Source: Bacteroidetes bacterium 2013_40CM_41_45
GTDB lineage: Bacteria > Bacteroidota > Bacteroidia > AKYH767-A > 2013-40CM-41-45
Reading direction: 5' to 3'
Assembly: GCA_002215675.1 (NCBI GenBank)
Contig: NGFH01000002.1
Span: 76,975 to 140,974, forward strand
Length of the DNA stretch: 64,000 bases
Below, in pieces: positions 13,081 to 19,837 of the stretch. The notes under the pieces are model-generated. The model saw nothing but the letters and a program-made list of their open reading frames with translations, did not search any database and was not told where the DNA came from. A program made the position numbers and the translations under genes. Position 1 is the stretch's first letter. Each line of letters starts with the position of its first letter.

Positions 13081-13975
13081 AAGCAGGTACAGAAGAATTC
13101 TCTTTTATGGAAGAAGCTATTTCCTTCGGCTTGGTATTTAAAATGTAATCAACTGCTTTCTGCGCTTGCACGCTTGCATAAACAATAAAACGTTTATCGT
13201 TCTTCAGCCGTTCCAACCATCCTTGAATGTAAGCTGCGCTGTTTACAATTTCCACTGCAATTCCTGCCTGAGATTTAAGATAGCATGCTCCAATTTCAGC
13301 CGTAAGCTCCTCTATGGAATATAGTTCTGAGCCGTAAGGTTTGGAGTCCATAACTTCCTTTCTGTTCAGCCGATTTGCATGTCCAGTGCTATGCACAAGC
13401 TCATGAAAGAGCGCTCCATAATAGCTTGCACTGTCTTTAAAGCTTTTTATTCTGGGCATATTAACGTAATCCATTACTGGATGATAATATGCTTTCTGCT
13501 CCTTGTGTACAATTTTCGGTCGCATCTGCATAGCTTTTACAATCTCCTCACATTCTTCAATCGGATCGTTAGGCTTTTCTACCAATGGAATTTTTTCAAT
13601 TGGTATATGCTCGCACTGTGCGATGTTGAAGACCATGTGATAGCGGAGAAAAGCTCTTTTAACGGTCTCTCCGGTTTCTTCATTCTCTTCGTCAACCCAT
13701 TTCCAGAAGACAACGATATGCGCCTTTTCACCTTTGATAACTGTGCCGCCAAGCTCCTTTAGCTGCTTGAAGGTTAAAAAGTAATTTAAAGGATAATCCT
13801 GTAAGGCGAGAAGCATTACATTAATTCCCCGGTACGGTCTACGGGTAATAAGATTCTGCGGAACACCGGCTTCCGTCCATGGCTTTTGCCAGGGAACTTT
13901 GTTCTGCTGCAGTTGTTCGATGATTCTTTCTGTGACGATTTGATAAACGTCTTTTTTTGCTGTTGCTGTTTCCAT
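13079..13975 (-). CDS. ardC: ArdC-like antirestriction protein (DUF1738 N-terminal domain + zincin-like metalloprotease domain)
   Basis: N-terminal ssDNA-binding-like domain (WQKPW...GINVMLL). C-terminal HExxH metallopeptidase motif (FHELVHSTGH). This architecture is typical of conjugative and mobile elements. Confidence 0.7.
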   Translation of the reverse strand: METATAKKDVYQIVTERIIEQLQQNKVPWQKPWTEAGVPQNLITRRPYRGINVMLLALQDYPLNYFLTFKQLKELGGTVIKGEKAHIVVFWKWVDEENEETGETVKRAFLRYHMVFNIAQCEHIPIEKIPLVEKPNDPIEECEEIVKAMQMRPKIVHKEQKAYYHPVMDYVNMPRIKSFKDSASYYGALFHELVHSTGHANRLNRKEVMDSKPYGSELYSIEELTAEIGACYLKSQAGIAVEIVNSAAYIQGWLERLKNDKRFIVYASVQAQKAVDYILNTKPKEIASSIKENSSVPA

Positions 13976-14111
13976 TGCTTATATGTTTTGATTGTTAAGG
14001 AAAAAATTCTATAACAGTGTAAGCAATGGAAAGAAGAAGTCAACAGAAAAAACAGTTACAAATTGTCATCGGGTATCGAATCAAGAAGCGCAAAAATTGC
14101 ACAGGCATTTT

Positions 14112-14147
14112 AAAAAAAGTACCCCGCTTTTGGCGGGGACTTTTTAT
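14112..14147. terminator. Intrinsic terminator (hairpin gtaccccgc-ttttg-gcggggac with flanking A and T runs)
   Basis: Perfect GC-rich stem followed by a T-run. Lies just downstream of the small minus-strand ORF 14204..14314. Confidence 0.5.
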
Positions 14148-14203
14148 TCGTGCGCATCACGAATAGAGCAGGATTAAATCCTGGGATTTCGGTAACAATT
14201 AAG

Positions 14204-14314
14204 TTACTTGCCTTTCGGACGTGGTGCCGGAGGATTATTACCTCTGCCACCACCTGAAGGCTTACCAGTATTTGTACTGGGACCGTTTACGGGTCTATGT
14301 TTATTCTTATACAT
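14204..14314 (-). CDS. Putative small basic Gly/Pro-rich peptide (36 aa; MYKNKHRPVNGPSTNTGKPSGGGRGNNPPAPRPKGK); not in ORF track
   Basis: ORF bracketed by hairpin terminators on both sides. A TAnnTTTG-like motif (TACTTTTG, minus strand 14328..14321) sits 6 nt upstream of the ATG. Confidence 0.25.
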   Translation of the reverse strand: MYKNKHRPVNGPSTNTGKPSGGGRGNNPPAPRPKGK

Positions 14315-14364
14315 GAAAAACAAAAGTACGAACTATTTTTTCTTCCTCGATTAATAAAGGGGCA

Positions 14365-14432
14365 CGGGGAAATGTGTTCCCCGCAAGATAGCAAAGTGAG
14401 CGTCCAATGGTGACGGTCACTTTGCTATCTTG
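14365..14432 (-). terminator. Tandem hairpins downstream of the 14446..15765 gene (cgggga/tccccg, and a perfect 16-bp stem caagatagcaaagtga / tcactttgctatcttg)
   Basis: Perfect 16-bp inverted repeat with a 17-nt loop, immediately 3' of the stop codon on the minus strand. Confidence 0.5.
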
Positions 14433-14445
14433 CTATGCGGGCCTC

Positions 14446-15765
14446 TTAATAGATAATACTGCTAAACGGTAAAGCTACGCTCAATCCGATTGAAAACTTA
14501 TCTCCAAAATCCTTATCAGGTTTAATGGTGTTGTTAACATCAAATGCTTTTAATTGCAATTCAATATTAACTTTTGCATCTTTATCCTTGCCTTCAAAGA
14601 CCATTGGAAAACCTAATTGAAAATTCAACGGATTGTAATCACCCGCAAGTTGTTCACCAGTCAAGCTTAATCCAATCCAGTCAAGTCCATGTAAAAAGTA
14701 TACTACCTGTCCTTTAAACCTGGCTGTAAAAAAAGTCTTGTATTGTCCGACAAATGCTTTGTCACTACTAAGCTGTGCGATTGAAATAGTATCGGTACCT
14801 CCCAACTGCTTATATTTATTTAAATCAATTTTATCAATATCCTCATTCTTCACTGTATTGTTTAAGTATCCACCGACATTAGCACTGAAAAAAAATTTTC
14901 CATATCTCTTACTTTCCCAGACATAAGTATAAATAACATTTCCTTCCCATGGATGAAATTTTTTTTCATCAAAGGCTGTTGTAAATGAATCGGCAACGCT
15001 ATAACTAGTATTTGTAAAAGGAGCATATGCACTTATACTTATCCAACTTATACGAACAGCATTATGAGAATTTTCATCATCATCAAATACTTCGGTTTCC
15101 TTTTTGGTAAAATTGGGTATAATTTTCTTATTATTTTCGTCAATAAATTCTGAACGTAACTCCGCATATGCTGCATCAGAAATAAATCTAGTTGCAACGT
15201 TGAAAGCATTTATTTTATTAATTAACTCAACTTTTTGAGTATTGAAAATTAATTTTCTTTTCGCCACCATTTTTTGCTGTTGAGTCGCTACAACATGTAA
15301 CGATTTGTTTTTTTGTTCCTGTTTTTTATTGTCAAACCAAACTGATCCTTTAAATAAACAAGTGAATTTTATATCCAGTCCAATCTTATCACTGAAATCA
15401 TTCTTTGAAAAAAGTTCAGCAAAATCATCGTCTGCTTTTGCTTTTAAACCTGTAGTTAAAATGTTTGTTAATCTGTTATCTTTGTTTGTTCGTAAATCAA
15501 AATTTCTTCCAAAAAAAAGAATCTTATCATCTATATCAGCGAGGACGTAATTTTTAAAAAGTGTCAAATCGCCTTCTTTGGCTAAGTAACTGGCTATTTT
15601 ATCAGCTATATAATTATTAAGAGCTTTGTCTGTTAAAATAACCTTACCACTGGTGTCAGCAATAGTTATGATAGTCTCGAGCCGAGTTATAGCATTGAAA
15701 TCATTGATTGTTACCAACGTATTTTGCATCAATAAATGCAAGCTAAACGCTATAAAGAAATTCAT
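14446..15765 (-). CDS. Hypothetical protein, 439 aa
   Basis: Long ORF, last gene of a minus-strand cluster. No recognisable catalytic motif. Confidence 0.55.
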   Translation of the reverse strand: MNFFIAFSLHLLMQNTLVTINDFNAITRLETIITIADTSGKVILTDKALNNYIADKIASYLAKEGDLTLFKNYVLADIDDKILFFGRNFDLRTNKDNRLTNILTTGLKAKADDDFAELFSKNDFSDKIGLDIKFTCLFKGSVWFDNKKQEQKNKSLHVVATQQQKMVAKRKLIFNTQKVELINKINAFNVATRFISDAAYAELRSEFIDENNKKIIPNFTKKETEVFDDDENSHNAVRISWISISAYAPFTNTSYSVADSFTTAFDEKKFHPWEGNVIYTYVWESKRYGKFFFSANVGGYLNNTVKNEDIDKIDLNKYKQLGGTDTISIAQLSSDKAFVGQYKTFFTARFKGQVVYFLHGLDWIGLSLTGEQLAGDYNPLNFQLGFPMVFEGKDKDAKVNIELQLKAFDVNNTIKPDKDFGDKFSIGLSVALPFSSIIY

Positions 15766-15818
15766 TTGAATCTTGTGAGTAATGAGTAATAAATTGGTTC
15801 TACTTTATTTGTGGGATG

Positions 15819-16103
15819 CTATGGAAAATGAATTACCTGTCTATTGACAATTATTGCTTGATTGGTTGTTTTATTAATTTCAACTCGAACCATAACATCT
15901 TCTGGCATATTAGGAGCAGGATAGTGATAATTAAAAAATACTTCAATTAATGCAGTGCCAGGATTTTCTGCAATAACGCGAGTGCTAATTGAAAATAAAC
16001 GAGTACTAGGATTTGCGTCTCTACTCTGCCTTGCTTGATTGACCCACGGGTCGGTAAATACAATATCAATAACTGCTTTATGATTAATGCTATCCGGTTT
16101 CAT
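15819..16103 (-). CDS. Hypothetical protein, 94 aa
   Basis: ORF placed between cluster genes on the same strand. Confidence 0.45.
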   Translation of the reverse strand: MKPDSINHKAVIDIVFTDPWVNQARQSRDANPSTRLFSISTRVIAENPGTALIEVFFNYHYPAPNMPEDVMVRVEINKTTNQAIIVNRQVIHFP

Positions 16104-16160
16104 TTTATGTGGTTTTTAATTTTTACTTGTTTCATTCAATGATAATTTCTTCTCCCTTAT

Positions 16161-16631
16161 TTACTGGCAACGGCAGGCAACAGTCCATACACCTGCGCAG
16201 ATGTCAATTACAACCATTCTACAACTACGGTTTAAAGTGCAAGTACCAGAACACCTCCCAATTGAGGGTTGGCATATTTTAAAGTCCGGTCGTTCATTGC
16301 AATGGCAAAATCCATACGAGTCTTCATCGCAACCCGGAGCGCAGGGTCTTCCAAACATTAGGACTCCGTCTGAAAATGGATCGTCACCAAGCGAGATTAC
16401 CTTAAATCCTTTAAGGTCTTTATGTAATTTTTCATCATATGTTTCTCTCACAGCATCTTTAGTATATTCTTTCCATTGGTTGCCCGTGAGATAAATGATG
16501 GGATGTCCAGGTGCTTTATTTTTCTCAACCTCATTAAAATTGACCAGTTTTAATTTGGATTTAGCAGATTGCGATTGTGCGCTAAATACTATGAAAAGTA
16601 ATAGCACTGTTGCTGTAAAAAGTTTCTTCAT
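16161..16631 (-). CDS. Secreted cysteine-rich small protein (156 aa; 12 Cys in the last ~60 residues)
   Basis: Signal peptide MKKLFTATVLLLFIVFSAQS. C-terminus PCAPGCDEDSYGFCHCNERPDFKICQPSIGRCSGTCTLNRSCRMVVIDICAGVWTVACRCQ. Conserved 33-nt element immediately upstream. Confidence 0.6.
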   Translation of the reverse strand: MKKLFTATVLLLFIVFSAQSQSAKSKLKLVNFNEVEKNKAPGHPIIYLTGNQWKEYTKDAVRETYDEKLHKDLKGFKVISLGDDPFSDGVLMFGRPCAPGCDEDSYGFCHCNERPDFKICQPSIGRCSGTCTLNRSCRMVVIDICAGVWTVACRCQ

Positions 16632-16653
16632 TGTATTGTATGTTTATTTGTCA

Positions 16654-16686
16654 GCCTACTCTTTGGCAGGATTTTCGGCTTACTCC
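16654..16686 (-). promoter_or_regulatory. Conserved 33-nt upstream element, copy 1 (minus-strand sense GGAGTAAGCCGAAAATCCTGCCAAAGAGTAGGC); 23 nt upstream of the start codon of 16161..16631
   Basis: Near-identical copy at 17351..17382 in the same position relative to another start codon. Contains the internal direct repeat GAGTA(A/G)GC. Confidence 0.45.
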
Positions 16687-17087
16687 TATTTTTCGATATA
16701 TTTTTGCTCCTCATAGTTATCTGAGACAATGAGAGGGCAAACAGCGCATGCATCTGCACCGCTTTGATAGTACCATCTACAATCCGAACGGATGCCACAT
16801 TTAGGTAATCTTATTTTTACACTTATCCTTTCTGACTGCTCCATAACAGCTTCGATAATGCCGCATCCATTTCCCGTCCATTGCCTGCACCCGTTTTCTG
16901 CACAACGATTTGAGAAGCGAAATCTTTTTTCAGGTGATCGACCTTTGTGAGCAGTTGCAATAAACTCTTTAGTAACAGGTAACGGTTGCGATAGGAAGTT
17001 AACTGTACCCTGTGCTGTCACAATACCTATCACCTGAGCACCCTCATCACAGACAGCACTTGGGCATGACTTTTTTTCTTCTTCCAT
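16686..17087 (-). CDS. Cysteine-rich hypothetical protein (133 aa; 9 Cys including C-x4-C and C-x2-C pairs), possibly metal-binding
   Basis: SCPSAVCDEG...CAENGCRQWTGNGCG...KCGIRSDCRWYYQSGADACAVCP. Three-nucleotide gap to the upstream 79-aa gene, which suggests translational coupling. Confidence 0.5.
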   Translation of the reverse strand: MEEEKKSCPSAVCDEGAQVIGIVTAQGTVNFLSQPLPVTKEFIATAHKGRSPEKRFRFSNRCAENGCRQWTGNGCGIIEAVMEQSERISVKIRLPKCGIRSDCRWYYQSGADACAVCPLIVSDNYEEQKYIEK

Positions 17088-17090
17088 TCC

Positions 17091-17330
17091 TTACCGAACC
17101 TTGAATTGGTTAAACGTTATGGAGTTCTTCAGCGCATCTGAAGTTCTGAAACGCTTCAACCAAATTCCTAACCATTCTTTTTTGGGAATTCTTTTGGCGC
17201 CCCAAATTGCGCCCAGGTCAATTTTTGCTACATGTTTTGAAACTACTGCCTGGATGTCTTTGTTAATTGCAGCTTTCTGTGCATTACTTAGTGGTATGTC
17301 CAACACCACGTTAAATCTTGTTGTTGCCAT
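17091..17330 (-). CDS. Hypothetical small protein, 79 aa
   Basis: ORF preceded by copy 2 of the conserved 33-nt element and coupled to the downstream Cys-rich gene. Confidence 0.45.
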   Translation of the reverse strand: MATTRFNVVLDIPLSNAQKAAINKDIQAVVSKHVAKIDLGAIWGAKRIPKKEWLGIWLKRFRTSDALKNSITFNQFKVR

Positions 17331-17350
17331 TTGATTTAGTTTTATATGTC

Positions 17351-17382
17351 GCCTACTCTTTTCAGGATTTTCAGCTTACTCC
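17351..17382 (-). promoter_or_regulatory. Conserved upstream element, copy 2 (minus-strand sense GGAGTAAGCTGAAAATCCTGAAAAGAGTAGGC); 21 nt upstream of the start of 17091..17330
   Basis: 28/32 identical to copy 1 and in the same position relative to the start codon. Confidence 0.45.
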
Positions 17383-17436
17383 GTTGAATAAAATGTAATT
17401 TTATTTAAGATTAATAGTTCAAGGTCGCTATTCATT

Positions 17437-18252
17437 TCATCGTTCTTCTTCAGGTAAAGCACGTCCAAGCATGTGGATAACAGCTGCATTAGCATTTTGA
17501 TAATCGCGGCAAAGTTTTGCCATGAAACAACAGAACACAAATGCTGCTGCTGCAACTAGCAGAATAATTACTGCATGAATATTCTCAGCAGGAGTTAAGG
17601 AAGAATTTTCTATTGGATTGCCTCCATCACGGAAAGGAGAATGAAAAACAAACATTGATAAAATATCTCCAATGAAAATAGTAAGAATAGTTGCGGCCGG
17701 AAGAAAGTAGAGCGATGAAAAAAGTGCCCTTGGTAATCTCCTTATGTTATTTTCATTGCTTGGAGCCGGTTGTAGTGAGTCTATCGGTCGGTCATTTTGT
17801 GTAGTGGTCGTGAATACCTGTAACGAAGTCACTCCATTGTAAATATATTTCTTAATGGCCATATTTGGCTCGTTGTTCGCTAACCTTAGAGCTTTTGCAA
17901 TCACATGATTTTCTCTCCTAAAAGAATAATATAAAAACAAAAACATGATTGTAATGATAAAGGAACCAAGTAGGCCTGCATCGGCTACATGAAATTTTAT
18001 TCCCAACACTGGCATTGTTATGAATGAACTGTCTATCCAGTCCTGAACAAGTTTTTGTTGGTTAGACATTGTTACTGCTTCACTCGACCATTTATTCATC
18101 AGAGCAAAACCTCTTAACCATGAAAAGTAAACATTAAATGCCGCAATGAATATTGATAAGCACAGTGTAACGAGTATAGACAACACCCATCGCGAACGCC
18201 TTAGAGATGTCTGCACTGCATTGATAAAGAGTTTTGCTAATTCTAAATCCAT
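17437..18252 (-). CDS. Polytopic membrane protein (about 272 aa from the MDLELAKLF start). The ORF track extends it to 18435, but that extension runs through an upstream repeat array.
   Basis: Several hydrophobic helices (VLSILVTLCLSIFIAAF, LGSFIITIMFLFLYY, AVIILLVAAAAFVFCCF). The N-terminal extension would translate the TAGGGTTTTCCCTA repeats (TRENP x2), so the internal ATG at 18252 is preferred. Confidence 0.5.
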   Translation of the reverse strand: MDLELAKLFINAVQTSLRRSRWVLSILVTLCLSIFIAAFNVYFSWLRGFALMNKWSSEAVTMSNQQKLVQDWIDSSFITMPVLGIKFHVADAGLLGSFIITIMFLFLYYSFRRENHVIAKALRLANNEPNMAIKKYIYNGVTSLQVFTTTTQNDRPIDSLQPAPSNENNIRRLPRALFSSLYFLPAATILTIFIGDILSMFVFHSPFRDGGNPIENSSLTPAENIHAVIILLVAAAAFVFCCFMAKLCRDYQNANAAVIHMLGRALPEEER

Positions 18253-18318
18253 TATTCTGTGAAAAAATTTGTTAATCCAAAGACGGCTGTAAAGGAATAT
18301 ATAATTTTTTTCATATCC

Positions 18319-18394
18319 ATTAGGGTTTTCCCTAGTTTTTTGATCCGAAAAAAGTTTAGGGTTTTCCCTAGTTTGCATTAGGGTTTTCCCTAGT
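18319..18394. promoter_or_regulatory. Three copies of an 18-bp unit containing the palindromic core TAGGG-TTTT-CCCTA (putative operator array) upstream of the membrane-protein gene
   Basis: attagggttttccctagt at 18319, 18355 and 18377. Each core is an inverted repeat with a 4-nt spacer. Lies 67–142 nt upstream of the preferred start codon at 18252. Confidence 0.45.
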
Positions 18395-18630
18395 ATTTTT
18401 TTTACACAATTTTTCCAACAACCAGCTGAAACCATTTAAGGACAAGCATTTCAGAGTTTTTTATACTGTTGTCATTGTCGGGAAGGGGTATGGGAACTTT
18501 TAATTGTTTATGATTCCAGAGTATTTTTGGAAATAATTTTTGATCAATATTAAATGGGAAGCTGAAAACCGAATAGAATAGGCAAACAAAAAAGTGCGGA
18601 GTCAGCACTATAATCACCGACAACCCTATT

Positions 18631-19212
18631 ATGAAACATTTTAAGAAAAGTCAACCAATCATTTTTTGTTTGATATTAAAGCCTAGTATGTGGATAGGAG
18701 TTTACTTCTTCCTAGTTAGTTTATTATGCTTATCCTGTCGCCACCAAACTGCTGAAAACAATGATGAATTACTAAATATTGAAATGGGAAATGATTCAAT
18801 ACAAATTAGTATGAATATTTTACCAAATCAAATGGGGAAATTTGAGTTTAAAAATAAATTTTTTGGTATAATTCCTAGAAAACTAACAGAGAGTTTACAA
18901 GAGCAGGAAATTGAATTTTATATTATTGACGCACCAACTTTCAAACTAGAGGAATTTACTATTGAAAATATTAAAAAGAAAAAATTAAACTTGAGCGCTC
19001 CTAAAAAAATCTCTTCATTCGTGCAACTGGAGCGAGAATTAAATTTGTTAGATTTAGGAATTGACAATGTTACAGTGGTTGCTAAAAAAATAGATGCAAG
19101 TGTGAAAAATGGTAAATTGACTGTTAAAGATTTGGACAATAAGACTACAACAGAATGTACTTGCCCATGCAGCGTAACATTTGATGATAAAGTAAAGGTT
19201 AGTTGTGACTAA
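18631..19212 (+). CDS. Putative lipoprotein, hypothetical
   Basis: Hydrophobic N-terminus with lipobox-like LLCLSC. Lys-rich. Confidence 0.45.
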   Translation: MKHFKKSQPIIFCLILKPSMWIGVYFFLVSLLCLSCRHQTAENNDELLNIEMGNDSIQISMNILPNQMGKFEFKNKFFGIIPRKLTESLQEQEIEFYIIDAPTFKLEEFTIENIKKKKLNLSAPKKISSFVQLERELNLLDLGIDNVTVVAKKIDASVKNGKLTVKDLDNKTTTECTCPCSVTFDDKVKVSCD

Positions 19213-19565
19213 ATATGATACAGCTTCGAGGCGAGAATAGCACGAACCCGTGACATAAAGATTAAAGAAATTAAAAAAGAAAGGGTTTGTTCGGTATTAA
19301 ACAGTGGTGTATCTAACAACAGTGTAGCGTAATTCGAACAAGGATAACTGAAGATTATCCTTTATTCACACGCTGTCTTGCTATCTTAGAATACACAATT
19401 CCAATTTACAAGAGTTGTAGATATTTAAATGTTTATCTGCAATGCTAATCGCTAAGATTGACCAACAGGTGCTAACTTGAAACTGACAACTCAAAAATAT
19501 TTCGTTGAAAGATTGGTTTTTATTAAAAGGAAGTTCTTACATTTGGATTCTAAAATTTATACATT

Positions 19566-19736
19566 ATGGAAAATTTAACTGACAACAATGCTCTTGAGAC
19601 TTTGTCTTTAGATGCAATTGATTCGCTTGAGATTTCAGAGGCTACAGAAATCATCAGCCAAGTTGAATCAAACACGAAGTGGGAAGACACTTCAAAACAC
19701 ATTACTCATAATGGTGCGGGCATGAATTGTCCGTAA
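19566..19736 (+). CDS. Small acidic peptide (56 aa; MENLTDNNALETLSLDAIDSLEISEATEIISQVESNTKWEDTSKHITHNGAGMNCP); candidate precursor peptide; not in ORF track
   Basis: ATG..TAA ORF with its own intrinsic terminator 40 nt downstream, sitting directly upstream of the HExxH/methyltransferase fusion gene. Leader-like acidic N-terminus and a short Cys/His/Met-containing C-terminus. Confidence 0.35.
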   Translation: MENLTDNNALETLSLDAIDSLEISEATEIISQVESNTKWEDTSKHITHNGAGMNCP

Positions 19737-19779
19737 TCTGAAACCATCCCTCTTGATTGGGATTATGACTAATTTTATA

Positions 19780-19811
19780 AAATGGAAACCATTTATGGTT
19801 TCCATTTTTTA
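19780..19811 (+). terminator. Intrinsic terminator (aaatggaaaccat-tt-atggtttccattt + T-run) between the small peptide ORF and the downstream enzyme gene
   Basis: Perfect 13-bp stem followed by ttttt. Confidence 0.6.
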
Positions 19812-19837
19812 TGAGTATTGACAATTGAAAATATTAG

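Noticed and set aside
18319-18394. Possible mini-CRISPR array
   Set aside because: Only three copies, unequal spacers (36 and 22 nt), each repeat is itself a short palindrome typical of a protein operator, and there are no cas genes.
18253-18435. N-terminal extension of the membrane-protein ORF (start at 18435)
   Set aside because: It would translate the three palindromic TAGGGTTTTCCCTA repeats (as TRENP repeats). An internal ATG at 18252 with the repeats as an upstream operator array is more plausible.
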